A stretch of 64,000 nt of DNA, taken from contig OX597816.1 in the NCBI GenBank assembly GCA_951406725.2, positions 132,990,001 to 133,054,000 on the forward strand. The letters are read 5' to 3'. Of the stretch, positions 27,167 through 43,961 are shown piece after piece. The notes under the pieces were generated by a model. It was given only the letters and a program-made list of their open reading frames with translations. It was not told where the DNA came from and did not search any database. The translations under genes and the position numbers were made by a program. The first letter of the stretch is position 1, and each line of letters starts with the position of its first letter. This DNA is from Octopus vulgaris. Taxonomy: Eukaryota.

Positions 27167-30100
27167 ATGTATGTGTACACACACACACACACATACACAT
27201 GCACACACACACACACACACGTACATATGTATATATGTATATATGTATGTATGCATCTATGTATGTATATATGCATGCATGTATGCATGTATGTAATTTT
27301 CTGTAATTTTCTTCATGCCACTCACCCCTCTTACTATTCCCATTTTTCTCCTCTCTTTATTTCTCACACTCTCACTCATAATTCTCTTGTATCTCCACAG
27401 ACTCTTACTCTCACTCATATTTCAACCACCTGCTTCGATTTCATTTATTTCCCTTGCCATTACTTCTCTCCTTCTTACTCCACATTTTTCCATAACCCTC
27501 TCTTTCTCATCATCTCCTAATCTTCTCACCCCAAACTCTTTCATACCTCTGACTCTCACTTGTGTCTTTTCTCCTGCACAATTTACTGCACAACTCTTAC
27601 CATCACTCCTCTTTTTCATTCTCTTCTTTGAAACTCTAATTTCAATCTCCTTCCTCTCTTCTTTCTCATTAATTCTCCTTACTCCTCACACTGTACCTCA
27701 ACTGATTCCTGCAATACACTCCACACCTCTTTCCTAGCATCTGACCCTTCCTTCCCCAATTTTGCTATCCTCCTCTCCTTATCATCTCCCCTCCCACATC
27801 TTACATTTAAATTTGTCGCACACTTTAAACATACCTCACTTTTAACGCCCACTCAATTCATTATACACATCACATCAGCAATCTTGCTCCTCACCTTATC
27901 AATTCACTCACTGCATCAATCCTTTCACTCATTGTCCTTCCTCTGCCCAGCAACAAGCAAATGACAGCCATCCTTCATATAATCTGTCTTTGATTTGTTT
28001 CCTATACTTATAATTAAGGGTCACCACAACACATCAGATCTTAATAATATTTATTACACAAGGAAATAAAAAGGAGTTATTGCTAGAAGACTTGTGTAAA
28101 ATGCCAAGATTGAAAATGTGCTCTTTGTCATGCAGTAACCACATTCTCTGTTTCTTCAATCATTGCTTTAATAATCTCTAAAATAAGCCTATGGCCTGTA
28201 ATTCTTAGGGTAGAAGCTTAGTTGACACTATTGATGTTTGTACTTGACTACTATTTTATATTATTGATCTGGTGAGATGAAAGACAAAGTTGACCTTGAC
28301 AGAACATAAAGAACCATTACAAATATTGCAAGGTATTTTTCCCCAATGCTCTAATGATTCTGTCAATCCACTGCCCTAATTGTTGTTTCAACAATGCATT
28401 CTAATTTAGGCAAAGACTAGTAATTTCGTGGGGAAAACAGTTAGTTTATACCACTGACCTCAGTACTTGAATAGTACTTTATTTCATCGACCTTCAGAGG
28501 AAGAAAAACAAATTTGACCTTTGAACTAAAACTGTAAAGAGCTGAAATAAATACTGCAAAGCATATTTATTGATGCTCAACCGATTTTGCAAATCCACTA
28601 CTCTACCCTAACCACTGCAGTAATAATAACCTCTAACCCTTTATGCTCTCATCACTCTATGTTAACTTACACCTTAAACTCTTTTGGGACAGTTGTCATC
28701 ACCTTTGCTTCATATTCTATTAACTCATTGTATCACTTGAAAAATTCCATACTAAACAATTTATCCAGCATCCCTTTCATTACCTTATTTCTCTTGAAAT
28801 ACACTGCCTTTGCTTAAATTAATTTTGAAAATAATGAAGAATTTACTGAGATAACTTTGTCATTATTAAGCTGGTGTTTGGAACATAAACTAATAAAATA
28901 TTTTGATGGAAGCGTTTAATTTAGATCACTTTAAAATAAAAAGTTTGTATCATAGAACCAGAAGTGGGTTCAAAGAGGTTAAGGCAAATTTGAAGGTGAT
29001 TTGGATAATGCTGGTAATAATGAGTACAGAGGAGCAGCAACTGTTCCATGTACATCTTCCTACCATTACTGTAACCATTACCAGAATGAATAAAAGGTGT
29101 ATACACAGGTGAGGCAATGTGTGAGCTTCAGTATAGTTATGTAACCTGTTTGAAAATTGGGGCCAAATCTCTCTCAAATCATATTGTTAAATAAAAGGTG
29201 TACTTGACTATGTAGTAACAGTTATACAAAATGATGAGATGGTCATAGCTGGGGCATCTTTGATTATAGGGCCAGCTCTGTCAGAACTGATCTGGGACTA
29301 AGCTGCAACAACAACAACAACAAAAACAAGCATGCATAAATTGTGAGGACTGTGGAAAGACTATAACAAGTTCAAACTGTTTGTCCAATGAAATATATAT
29401 TATAGGTCTACTCCATTGAAGCTGACCTGTCATTACCAAAATTACAACACACACATACACACACGAATGCATACACACAGAAGCACATATGTTCTTCTGG
29501 CAGAAATTTTCTTTAAAATCCCAAGTCTTCATTTATCCATATTCCTTATATGTTAATTCACTATATAATATCTTACTGGCTCTTCTAAAACAAAATAATA
29601 ACATGTTTCTCATTTAAAACTACGGACTTTATGTTGCATACCCATAAACTCACACATTACATTATCTTCAACTCTTCCTATCACCCTGTTTTCTTACACT
29701 TTCTCTTCACCATCAGCATCACCATTTTACATCTGTTTTCCATGTTGTCATGGGCTGGATGAATTGTCACAGTCCAAGTCAGTTCTTATCCAGAGTTACT
29801 TCACTCCAAGACTGGGCAGAGAACCACATCTCCCTCATTCATTTCAGTTTTAACATGGGTTCTATGACCTGATGTCTTTCTAAAATACACCACTTTACAC
29901 AGTGCATTGGATGTGTTTCATCATAGCACCAGTACCAGTGAGGTCGTTTTGTAATCTGCAGGACTAAACAATACTCACTACTCTAGACTGTTTCCATTCA
30001 TACAAAGCAACTTGAAACATTTAAGCTGATCCTTTTCATTTCAATATACTTGAACTATTTTGTCTTTCCAAGAATTGCTCCAATGCCTATCAGCCTGCAA

Positions 30101-30569
30101 TAATTCAAATCAAACATGTTCTACTATCCAGTTAATTTAAACCTCTATATATGATAACTGTTATATGACTGTTATTATTATTGTTTGACCTCGAGTCAGC
30201 ACTGATTGAACAGACCTATAATCAAAGGTATTTCATCTATGGCCATGTTTTTTTTTTTACTGTCATCTAGGACTATATTATCTCACTTGTACTTTCCTTT
30301 TCTAATACAGTTGTGTGTAATATGATGGAAATTTGGTAGTTATTTCTAGCTAGATAAATGTTCTGTGTGACTAAATGTTGTTATTGATTGGTGTAACTGA
30401 ATACTGAAAACTGCATTATATTAGAATTAAATATTGTAACTCAACATAGCAACTAGATGTTGCGACAGGCTCTCATGACTGTTACTGTGGTAATCATTTA
30501 GCACTAGTCCAGACCTGATCAAGTAATAATAATAGTTTCTCGAGTCCAAGAAAAAGGGTTCTGCAATTT

Positions 30570-30830
30570 TTTGCAGAACAACCTTCCCAGATGAATTGTA
30601 TATAGTGATAAAATGTTTGCACTGTACATAGGCTCACTCTCTCCATCAAACTGACATTGCCTGTACAAATATGCAAAGTATGCAACATGTCAGATGTTGA
30701 AGTGATTGCAGAGCAACATGTAATGAAGTGCTTTGCTGAAGAACACAACGCACCACCCAGTCCCAGGATCAAACTCACAATCTCACAATCATGAATGCAA
30801 TACCTTAACCACAAGGTCATGTGCTCTCAC
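30570..30830 (-). mobile_element. tRNA-derived SINE (family B-related)
   Basis: Minus head gagagcacatgaccttgtggttaagg...gagtttgatcctggg; related to 36225 and 44256. Confidence 0.55.
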
Positions 30831-32133
30831 TAATCAAGTTGACTTATGATCAATAGACAAGTTATAAGTTGCTGTCCTCTTTCAATGATAGACAGCACTG
30901 TACTGGTTGGGGCAGAAGAAACTCTCATTAAACATTTATGATAGTCTTGCAAGTTACATGACAATCTCACTAGTGCTGGTGCCATGAAAAATGTATCCAA
31001 TGCATTGTGTAAAGTGGTTGCTGTTAAGAAGGGCATCCAGTTATAGAAACCATATCAATACAGACAATGGAGCACAATGCAGTCCTCCAAATTGTCAGAT
31101 TCTGTTGGACTGTCCAACCTATGTGATCATGGAAGATGATGATGATGGTACAGCTGAATTTTGTAAATGAACTTTCTAACAGAATAATTGATTAAATGTT
31201 CACAAATAAACTTAGGAATCTTCAAAACGGGAAGACTGGGGAAGAAATGGAGAGGTCTGAGGAAAGATGATATCAAAAGGAAAGAGAAGGAAAGAGATAA
31301 TAATAGATTGCAGCAAATAAGGAAAGAGAAGACCCATTTAACCCAACAGAATCATGAGAAAATGGATGTATAAATAATGATGAGAATGAGAACAACAATA
31401 ATAACAATGGTGATGATAACCATAACGACAACCACTACTACAATGACAACTACTACAGTGATAACAACGATGGCCATAATGATGATAATGACACTGATTA
31501 TTATGGTGGTGAGGGTGTCAGTGGTGTTGATGAGGATAATGATGATGATGATGATGATGTTGAGGATAAGAAGCAAGGAGATGTCTAAATGTGTGGTACG
31601 AGTGAATTTTTGTAAGTGAGATTTGTAATTAGATGATTGTTATAACAATATGTCGTGATATAATGTTGTAACTGAGATGATTTTGATGACCATAGTGAAA
31701 CATTATCATGACTATAGTAACCAATAATAACCAGTAAACTAGTAACCATAGCAATTAATGTAATCATTGTTATAGAGTAATTACATTGAGAAATGACCAT
31801 AAAATGATTAGGGACTTGTTGTTGTGGCAAGTAACCAAAACAGACCATTGAGATATGTTACCATTTTATAAATACACACACACACACTCACACACACACA
31901 TACACACACATACACACTCACACACACACACTCTCTCACACACGTGCACATACACATGCACACATACGCATGCACACTCACATCTATGTATGTATGTATG
32001 TATGTATAGATAGATATAGACAGATATGTGTGTGTATGTGTGTGTGTACAGAGAGAGAGAAAGACAGACGGAGATACAGATATATATGTATCTATGTATA
32101 TGCATATGTGTGTATGTGTGTGCATGTGTATGC

Positions 32134-32174
<41 letters not shown>

Positions 32175-32316
32175 CATACATATATATATACATACATACA
32201 TATATATATATATACATACATACATATATATATACATACATACATACATATATATATATATATGTATGTATATATATATGTATGTATGTATATATAATAT
32301 ATATATAATATAAATA

Positions 32317-32375
<59 letters not shown>

Positions 32376-32422
32376 CAAAATAATAATATAAATAATATAT
32401 ATATAAATAATATATATATATA

Positions 32423-33727
<1,305 letters not shown>

Positions 33728-34139
33728 TGTATGTATGTATGTATGTATGTATCTATCTATCTATATAATACAATGGACTTCTACCCACACTGTCACGGGG
33801 CATTGGTTGGCCTGGGGATATAGTGGACAACATTTTCCCAAAGTGCTGTGCAGCAGGATTGAACTCAAAACCACATGGTTAAAAGCAAGCGTCTTAACCC
33901 ACAGCCATGCTTGTGCCTACACATGATGGATACATTGTCATTACTAATGATAGGAACTGTACTCCCTCTACCAAAATGTAACCATGGAAATAGAGAGTTG
34001 CTCATTTAATAATGCTGAAGTTGATGATATAGTAATTAGAGTGGACGTAATTCTTGGTGCAAGTGACTTTATTGATGAAATGACCATAAAAAGCAACTGA
34101 GTAAACTAAAGATGAGTAAAGGACTTGACTGGTGATAAG

Positions 34140-34470
34140 GTAAAAGGCCCCTGTGCCTGTGACATGTAAATAACACCTATGCTCGGGACATGTAAAATGG
34201 TACCCATGTCAGTAACACATAAAAGACACCCATGCCAGTAACATGTAAAAGACACCCAGTACACTGCATAAAGTGGTTGGCACTAGGAAGGGCATCCAGC
34301 TATTGAAACCATGCCAAAATAGATAGCTGGCATCTGGTACAGCTCTCCTGTTTACCAGCTCCAGTCAAACCATCTCACCTATGCCAGCATGGAAAATGAT
34401 TGTTAAATGATGATGATGATGATGATGAGGAGGAGGAGGAGGAGGAGGAAGATGATGATGATGATGATGA
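34140..34470 (+). mobile_element. RTE-tail element with internal tandem ~29-bp units
   Basis: Repeated cacccatgccagtaacatgtaaaaga-like units, then aggaagggcatccagct...(GAT)n. Confidence 0.6.
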
Positions 34471-34516
34471 GCCATTATGCACACATGCTCACTCACATGC
34501 ACACTCACGCACACAT

Positions 34517-34549
<33 letters not shown>

Positions 34550-35044
34550 TTCGGATATATTTTCTGTACAATAGATATTTATTGATGACAGATGTATTTT
34601 CCACACACCTATAACATGTCTACTTTTCCGTTTGTGTATTCATTTGATTTGATATCACACAATAGTTGTGAACGAGCATCATCACTGTACAAGCAGGGTC
34701 ATTCATTTCCAGTCTTCCATTAAAAACATGTCTAACTACAAGAAAATATTACCTTGCTTGGAAACAGGTGATGAGTTGGAGGCAGGAAGAACATTGGACT
34801 GTAGAAAATTTGCCATAACAAATTTCATCTGACCCATGCATACATGGAAAAATGGATGTTAAATGATGATGTATGTAATTGAATATAATTAATGTATTTA
34901 CTATTTAAGTATTTATAAGTGAACTTATTCATTTCAGTTCACACTCATAATCTTATCAAAGAAGAATCACGCTTGATGAGGATCTGAGATGGAACTAAAA
35001 TCAGAGTTTACCTGTAACATAAATACTCAGATAAATGCTATAGG

Positions 35045-35363
35045 TTCAGGCATGGCTGTGCAGTAAGAAGTTTGCTTCCCATCCATGAGGGGTCACATTC
35101 AGTCCCATGCATGGCACTTTAGGCAAGTGCCTTCTATAACCTCAGGCTGACCAAAGCCTTATGAGTGGATATGGTAGACACAATCTGAAAAAAGACTATC
35201 ATATATATAGTGGTCGTGTGGTAAGTAGCAAGTTTATCAACCACATGGTTCTGGATTCAGTCCCACTGCATGGCACCTTGGGTATGTGTCTTCTACTATA
35301 GCCTCAGGCCAACCAAAGCCTTGTGAGTGGATTTGGTAGATGGAAACTGAAAGAAGTCTGTTG

Positions 35364-35429
<66 letters not shown>

Positions 35430-35628
35430 ATTGTTCCCCCACCATTGCTCAACAACCGATGCTGGTGTGTTTACATCCCTGTAACTTAGCAGTTTGGCAA
35501 AAGGGACCGATAGAATAAGTACTAGGCTTGCAAAGAATAAGTCATCCTGGAGTCAATTTGTTTGACTAAAGGTGGTGCACCAGCATGGCCACAGTTAAAT
35601 AACTGAAACAAGTAAAAGAATAAAAGAA
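35045..35628 (+). mobile_element. Two family A SINEs (5' half plus near full-length copy)
   Basis: Two head and core blocks; the second continues through (TG)n to ggtggtgcaccagcatggccacag...gtaaaagaataaaaga. Confidence 0.75.
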
Positions 35629-36002
35629 TATATATTCTTACTTTTCAAGAAATCCAAAATGGCATGATCCCTTTGTCTCAAGGAACTTCAAATGCCCCTT
35701 GAAAACCTAATTTAAATAGCAAAAGCCTGTTGGATATCACTACATTTTATGAGACTTTTACCATCCATAAAACATGTACATATATTTTTTTATAAAAAGA
35801 TATTAAAATCCCCTTTTTATGTATGTTTTCTATATATATTTTCACTTCATAATTTTGCAACATGGTGTATACCGATTCTCCAGCATTTTTCCTTCTTTTA
35901 TATATATATATATGTGTGTGTGTGTATGTATATATATATTGTACATCTTTATATATACACATACACATATATATATACATATATATGTATACACACACAC
36001 AC

Positions 36003-36035
<33 letters not shown>

Positions 36036-36224
36036 TGTATGTATGTATGTATATGTATATCTAATAGTGTATATATCTTATTCCTTCATTATGGTCATTT
36101 CCACAATACATGGTTCAGATCCAATATAAATATATGAAAATAAATTTAACTGGACTTTTGTGTAAGCATTTATGGAAATATATGTGTGTACATGTGTGTG
36201 TTTGTATGGCAATGACAGATCCAG

Positions 36225-36550
36225 CACATGGTTCAGTGGTTAGGGCATCAGGCTCACAATCATACACTAGTGAGTTCAATTCTCAGGCTAAGCTGTGTGT
36301 TGTGTTCTTGAGCAAGACACTTTATTTCACTTTGCCCCAGTTCACTCAGCTGTAGAAATTGGTTGTGACATCTCTGGTGCCAAGCTATATCGGCCTTTGC
36401 CTTTCCCTTGGATAACATCAATGGTGTGGAGAAGCGAGGCTGGTATGCATGGGTATCTGCTGGTCAAACTTGCTTGGACTTATGCTTCAGCGGGTAACTT
36501 TCTAGGTGCAATCCCATGGTCATTCATCACTGAAGGGGGTCTTTACCTTT
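36225..36550 (+). mobile_element. tRNA-derived SINE (family B-related)
   Basis: gcacatggttcagtggttaggg (A box), gagttcaattc (B box), gttcttgagcaagacactt core. Confidence 0.65.
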
Positions 36551-36594
36551 ATCTTCATGTATGCAAATATATGTGTGTGTGTATGTGTGTGTGT

Positions 36595-36809
36595 ATTCTT
36601 TTATTCTTTTACCTGTTTCAGTCATTTGACTGTGGCCATGCTGGAGCATTGCCTTTTAGCAAAAAAACTCGACCCCAGGACTAATTCTTTGCAAACCTAG
36701 TACTTATTCTATTGAATCTCTTTTGCTGAACTGCTAAGTTACAGGGATGTAAACACATTAACATCGGTTGTCAAGCAATGGTGGAGGGTGGACAAACACA
36801 GGCACACAA

Positions 36810-36847
<38 letters not shown>

Positions 36848-37028
36848 ACACACACATATGTATATATATGTATATATATATATACAGAAGGGGCTTCTTT
36901 CAGTTTTTGTCTACCAAATCCATTCACAAGGCTATAGTAGAAGATACTTGCCCAAGGTGCTGCACAAAGGGATTGCACTAAGAACCATGTGGCTGGGAAG
37001 CAAGATTCTTACCACACAGCCACTCCTA
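36595..37028 (-). mobile_element. SINE family A
   Basis: Reverse complement of the family A pattern. Confidence 0.75.
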
Positions 37029-37960
37029 ACAGACAGTAGAAACAGAAATGAATATGAGTATATATTCTTTTATTTATAGCTTTATTAAGCCAATGAGATG
37101 GCAGAATCATCACCGTGCCAGACAAAATGCTAAGCAATATTTTTTCTAACTTTTTCTTCTGAGTTCAAATGCTGCCAGTGTCAACTTTACTTTTCATCCT
37201 TTTGGGGTCAATGAAATACGTACCAGTTGAGAAATGAGGCTGATGTAATTGATTTAGCCCTTCCCCAAAAATTGTAGGCCTTGTACCAAAATTTGAAACC
37301 TTTATTTATAGTTTTATCTACTTCAAGTTTCACTGTTGCAAAAAGGAAATGCACTCATACATACATGCATACATGCATATATGAAGAGCATTGTAGTTTG
37401 AATGTAACATTGTGATACAGAAGTAAAATAACAATTATATAAATTGCTGGCTCTGCGCCAAAATTGGAAATAGTTATATTGATGTATTTTGTTCATGTTG
37501 TAATAGTAGTTTAAGCTTCAATCAGTATTTTTTTATCAAATAGAGCTCTGATCAATTATATTCCAATACTGGCTCTCATGTCATTTATTTTTTAGACACA
37601 GTTTATCCCTTGTGTCTTCCCCTATCAAAAATGATAGAATATGCTTTAAAGGGGATTTGATTGGGATTTCTAGCAAGTCAGGCAACAATGAAAAACTTCC
37701 CTCGTTTGTTTTTCTCTCTTGATGACATATCAATGTGAAATGTTTGCAACAAGAATATTGTTAGGAATTACTACAAATATGCACATATGTATAGAATCTG
37801 GGAAAATCACAGCTGATACTTCCATTATCATCATTATTATTACTAGAAGAAATACCACCCTTCAGGCAACTACCTAGAAGTGGTATTTTTCCTATTAAAT
37901 ACTTGTATACAAACATTATAATAAGGATACACACACACACACACACACACATAAATATAC

Positions 37961-37995
<35 letters not shown>

Positions 37996-38020
37996 TATAT
38001 GTATATATGTGTATACATGC

Positions 38021-38051
<31 letters not shown>

Positions 38052-38219
38052 CATATACATATACATGTACACACACACACACACATGCACACACACACAC
38101 ACACACACACTCATCTACATATATATATATCTGCACAGATGGTTTATTTCTTGTGATCAAATGCTTCTGCTGAACATTAGTTCACTCCTCCCATTACATC
38201 GACTTGGTCAGTATAGGTG

Positions 38220-40110
38220 CATGAGTGGTGGTAGCAGAGAACTATATCAAGGGGTCAGAAGGAAAGCTAGGAGACAGGTATATTTAGCTTGGGGAGAAAC
38301 AGAAAGAGAGAAGTTTGCCAATGTTCTATGGTGGGAGGACCAGAGGCTCAAGATGGTTGGTTTGGAAGACAGTGTGTCAGAGAAAACTGTGATGCTGTAG
38401 GAGAGAAGTGCGTTTGCAGTTAGTGATCCTGGAAAGAAAGAGGCTTGGAAGATCACTATGAAAGGCTGCTAAATGTTGAGAATGCATGGGAGAAGGAGAG
38501 CCTGCCTAACATGGCAGAGGGACCAGCTCCCAACAGTAGTTTGGTAGCTAAAGCAATTAAGGATATGAAGTCAAGAAAAACTCCCAGCCCAACAGGAATC
38601 AGCACTGAGATGCTTAAAGTATCTAGCAGAGCAGAATATGGCCTAGTTACCCATTTAGTAAATTATCTTATCCACATGGGAGTCATACCCAACGACTGGT
38701 ATAGCAGCATTATAGTCAACTACTACAAAGGTAAAGGCACACCTTAGATAGAAATAATTACAGAGGCATCAAATTGCTGGACCAGATCATAACTCAACTG
38801 ATTAGAAATAGAATTAGCCTAGATGAGATACAGTTTGATTTAGTACCTGAGAGAAGCGCTACTAATGCTACCTTCCTAGTAAGGAGAAGCATTTAGCCAA
38901 AAAGAAACCTCTGTATTTGGCTTTTGTTGGCATGGAGAAAGCTTTGACAGGGTTCCTTGCTGCCTTATCTGATGGTCAATATGGAAGCTCAGGATAGATG
39001 AGTAGTTGGTGTGAGCTGTAGAAACCATTTACAGGGATGCTGTTTGTAAGGTAAAAGTTAGCAATGAGTGTAGCAACAAATTTAGTGAAAAGGTAGGAGT
39101 TTACCAAGAATTGGTTTTCAGCCCCTCCCTCTTATTTGCCATAGTCCTCCAGGCTATAACAGAGGAATTCAAGATTGGCTGCCCTTGGTGGTGAGCTCCT
39201 CTATGCTGATGACTTTGTTCTTATAGCTGAATCATTGCCAGAACTAGAGAAGAAATTTCAAGTGTGGAAGCAAGGTCTGGAATCAAAGGGCTTTAGAAAT
39301 TTAGCAAAGACCTAAGTCCTAGTAAGTAGGAAAATAGACAGGTTACTAATCCCTTTAGGGAGATGGCCCTGCTCAGTGAAAACTATGGACACATAAGAGG
39401 TGCGGCAGTATCACAGGAAGATTAACAGAGAAAGTAATCTTTCTGTGAGGCAGATGCGCAGGTACAATAAACACTGAGAATGTGCAGGAAATAGACTTTT
39501 TCATAAGTATTTATCCTTAGAAGTAGTAGATAGCTTCCATTACCTAGGTAACCAAGTTAACAGTGGAGAAGGATGCTCTGAAAGCAAAGTTGCTAGAATA
39601 AGAACGGGCTGGGCAAAGTTCAGAGAGCTTCTATCTTTGTTGGTAACAAAAGGCTTCTCTCTCAGAGTGGAGGGCAGATTGTGTGATGCCTGTGTATGAA
39701 CAACTATGCTACATAACAGTAAAACATGTACTGAGACTACAGAGGGTATATGAAGACTTGAAAGTAATGAATCCAGCATGCTTCACTGGATGGGTAATGT
39801 CAGTGTGCATATATAACTGTGTAAATGACTTAGAGAACAAGTAGGTATAAGAGGCATCAGATGTAGTGTTCAGAAGAGAAGACTGCATTGGTATGGTCAT
39901 ACAATGTGCATGGATGAGGACAGTTGTGTAAAGAAGTACCAGTTTCTAAATAGTCGAGAGAATCTGAGGAAGGAGTAGACACAAGAAGACATGGGACAAA
40001 ATGGTGGGAAATGATCTTCAGATGTTGAGCTTCACAGTGATGACAAGAGACCAAGAATTCTGATGATTTGCTGTGCTTGAGAAGACATGTCAAGCTAAGT
40101 AAAAGCATGG
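38220..40110 (+). pseudogene. Degenerate RTE LINE ORF2, older relative of the 5629 element
   Basis: Collinear with the 5629 ORF from GGSRELYQ through LLYADD (ctctatgctgatgac) to the C-terminus; many stops and indels; PHD finger partly deleted. Confidence 0.9.
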
Positions 40111-40605
40111 CCATCAATATGTACAGGCATTTCACTTATGGCCATCCACCCACCACTCACATACACACATTTTCTGTCCTCTATCACCCCCCCCACACAC
40201 ACACACTCACACATACAACCCATCTTCTCATGACCTCCCCTCACCCGCTGCAAGCCCCTCCTCTCCACTCTCCTTCATGTGTTTCACCAGCTGCAGCCCC
40301 ACCACCACTCTCCCTCTCATGACTATTAGCACATTCTCCATGGCCTCACATATCTACCATACCCCACTGCCACCTGCTCCAATTTTTCTCATCATCACTT
40401 GCTAAAGGCATGTCTTACTACCCTCATTGTTCCCTGTGGGTATATCCCATACATCTCTAATACCATCTATTTCTCACTCTCTCGCTCTAACTGATTCTCT
40501 ATCTCTGTCTCTAATTCTCTCCCATCTTCCTCTCATTCCTTGTCCTACAGGGGTAGCCAAGTATCTCCTCAACAGTAAGACAACTATTTCTGTCCCTCTA
40601 TTATA

Positions 40606-41529
40606 CAAGGTGGTATGAAACAGTTCCCAGGCTAGTTCTGTAGCACACCAGCTGATAGTAGCACATAGTTGCATGTGTAGTGAGAGCTAGCAGTGACCTT
40701 CATGAGGCAGTGTGCAAGTAATATCATCGTGTTTACTTCACAAGTTGTGAAATTTGTTTTCTTGTGATCACATGTATGCAGTAGTCTGTAACTTTTGTCA
40801 TGGACAGGAAATTAGAACAAAGAGCCAGTGTGAAATTTGTATTAAACTTGGGAAGTTTGCTACAGAGACATTGAGCATGCTTCAGCAAGATTACAGCAAT
40901 GAGGCAATGGGTCATACACAATGTTCTGAGTGGCACACTCACTTTAAAAGTGGAGAACGTTCCTGGAAGGCCATGTGAAATCTGGAAGACCTGCCATGAG
41001 CATCACCCCCAAAAATGAAGTATTGTGCATCAAGAATTCATCTCGCAGGGTCACACCATCAATTGAAAGTTCTACTGCAATGTTTTGAAGTATTTGAGGG
41101 AGGATATTTGGTAAAAGCGACCAAATTTGTGGAGTATGAAGATAGGGTTCTTCAAGACGATAGTGCACCATGTTACCAAGCTCTCCTCACTCATGAATTT
41201 CTCACCAAAAAAACATGTTATCGCTTCCGCACCTGCCCTATTCACCAGATTTAGCAACTGCAAACTTCCATCTTATCCCTAAAATGAAAAGGCAGTTCAA
41301 AGATCGCTATTTTAACACTTTTGTTGAGATCCAGAGTGAATCACAGAAGATCCTTAACTTGCTTACTGAAAAAAGATTTCCAGGCTGGACTCCAAAAGTG
41401 GCAGGAATGCTACGATTGGTGTATTACTGTACAAGGTGACTATTTTGAAGGAGATGATATTAAGACTTAGGTAAATAAGTTATTTTTTATTAAACATAAC
41501 TAGTCCTTGAACCTTTTGATATCACCTTG
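40606..41529 (+). mobile_element. Internally deleted mariner transposon
   Basis: TA-flanked TIRs caaggtggtatgaaacagttcccaggctagt / actagtccttgaaccttttgatatcaccttg; KLGKFATETLSML, LQDDSAPC, LPHLPYSPDLATANFHLIPKMK, DYFEGD. Confidence 0.88.
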
Positions 41530-41855
41530 TACATGTGTGTGTGTGTGTGTGTGTACTAAAGGGCACATATATATATCTTATCATAACCACAATCATGATT
41601 TAAATACCCACTATTCCATGCATGATTCAAAATTTTTCGAGGCAGATTTCCTACAGTTTGATGCCCTTCCTGTTGCCAACCCTCATGCTTCCAAGTCAAG
41701 TAATAATATTTCCCCATGGCCAAATTTGAAAGATTTGAAATGAGTGACACTGCTTGCATGACACAGACACTCATTTACAACTATCCTGGTATGTCAAGAC
41801 AATGAAATAGTGACACCCATACATGCACCCATATATATATATATATATATATATA

Positions 41856-42158
41856 TCATCATCATCATCATCATCATCGTTTAGCGTCCGCTTTCCATGC
41901 TAGCATGGGTTGGACGGGTCAACTGGGGTCTGTGAAGCTGGAAGGCTTCGTCAGGCCCAGTCAGATCTGGCAGTGTTTCTACGGCTGGATGCCCTTCCTA
42001 ACGCCAACCACTCCGCGAGTGTAGTGGGTGTTTTTTATGTGCCACCTGCACAGGTGCCAGACAGAGCTGGCGAACGGCCACGAACGGATGGTGCTTTTAC
42101 GTGTCACCGGCACAGGGCCAGGCGATGCTGGCAACGGACATGAACGGATGGTGCTTTT
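41856..42158 (-). mobile_element. 3' fragment of the young RTE family in TA-rich context
   Basis: Highly similar to 5019-5320. Confidence 0.85.
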
Positions 42159-42284
42159 AATATATTATATTAAATTAGAGATAAAACCACTATTAGGCAA
42201 ATCATAATATTTTACTATAAAATTGGATTCAATCCTAAATCTGATTTTTCCCTGTAAGTTTGGATTTATTCCCTAATATTTTAT

Positions 42285-42319
<35 letters not shown>

Positions 42320-42692
42320 AGGAAACAGACACCCATTTATTGATCAATGAGAACTTTCTATATAAATGATAATGTCCACACTGACTTTAGGAATTCATAC
42401 CAAATGAATTAAACACCAACGATGCTTTGCCCAATGCAAAAAGTGAAAGAGCTACTTAGAGATTCTTCTTATTGTAATGAGCTCATTGTGATGCTAGAAA
42501 CCCTGTCATATAATCATCAGGTAAACCTGAAGTGATTTGCTCTTTTTCCTGTACACTTTGCCTCAGCTGAGCAGCAAGGACAGAATTACCTTTTGCCTGC
42601 AGAGAGTTTCTATCTACAGTCTCTAGTCAATTACAACCACTCTGTATTAACTTCACTGATAATATGAATAAGGCATAGGTGTTGTTTTAGAT

Positions 42693-43690
42693 GTAGGCAT
42701 AGCAGCATAGCAGTGTGGTTGAAAAGCTTGCTTTCCAATCATCTGGTCTTGGGTTCACTCCCATGGTGAGGTATCTTGGCCAAGTGTCTTCTACTATGGC
42801 CCTGGACTGACCAAATCCTTGTGAAAAAATTTGGTAGATAGAAACTGTGTGTGTACCTGTCACATGCATGCTTGTGTGTATGTGTGACTGTGTGCGCGTA
42901 TGTGCACATGAGGACTGAACATGTTGAAGGGGTGGGTAAGGTGATGAGATTGTGAAGGGAAGGTAGCAGATGGATAGATAGAGATTGAAATAGAAGTGAA
43001 TACAGTAAATGGTGAACAAGTGTGGAGGCATGCTTGATGGCAAATATTGATTTTGGAGACAGCACAGGTGATGTGAAGTGATAAGGCTGTGTGCATGAAA
43101 TGCACCATGCCAGGAACTAGGTCAGAGGTACATAGGGTGACACTTGGAGCCTGAAGCAGCTCTCCAGCTTGCCATCTCCTGTCAAACTGTCCAACCCATG
43201 CCAGCATCAAAAGCAGACACTAAACAATGATGACGATGATGATGACAATGATGAAGATGGTGATGATGATGATGAGGACAAGGTATGGCTGTGTGGTAAT
43301 GAATTTGTTTCTCACCCACATGATTTTAGGTTCAGTCTTACTGAATGGCACCTTGGGCAAGTGTCTTCTATTATAGCCCTAGGCTGACCAAAGATTTGTG
43401 TCTGGTAATTATTCTATCACTCTTTATTGCCAAATTGCTAAATTATGGAAAAGTAAGTAAACCAACACCAGTTGTCAAATGGTGACTGTGGAAACGGACT
43501 GACAGACACACAAACACACATACATATACAACAGGCTTCTTTCAGTTTCCATCTACCAAATTCACTTACAGGCATTTGGTTGGACTGTGGCTGAAGTAAA
43601 AGACACTTGTCCAAGATGCCATGTAATGTGATTGAACCTGGAAAGATGTGACTAGGAAGCAACCTTCTAAATCATGCAGCCATGTCTGCA
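42693..43690. mobile_element. Cluster of family A SINE pieces and an RTE-tail element
   Basis: cttggccaagtgtctt (+), ctgtccaacccatgccagc...(GAT)n (+), ccttgggcaag (+), and a reverse family A copy at ~43400-43690. Confidence 0.6.
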
Positions 43691-43930
43691 TTTCTTGTCA
43701 TGCTTGATATATACACAAACACACACTTACACACTCTTATACACACGCACACACACACACACACATTTACACACACACATACACACAAACACACATTAAA
43801 AATTAGTATTTGTATGTGCCCCAAAATGAATATTAAACGAATATAGTACTTGACATGCATGTAGTGTCAAATATTTATAATAATTTTACTGAATTTCAGT
43901 TGCCAAATGATGACTAGGGAAACAAACATG

Positions 43931-43961
<31 letters not shown>

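Noticed and set aside
34140-34260. Regularly spaced ~29-bp repeats resembling CRISPR
   Set aside because: Adjacent degenerate tandem units without unique spacers, in a eukaryotic retroposon UTR
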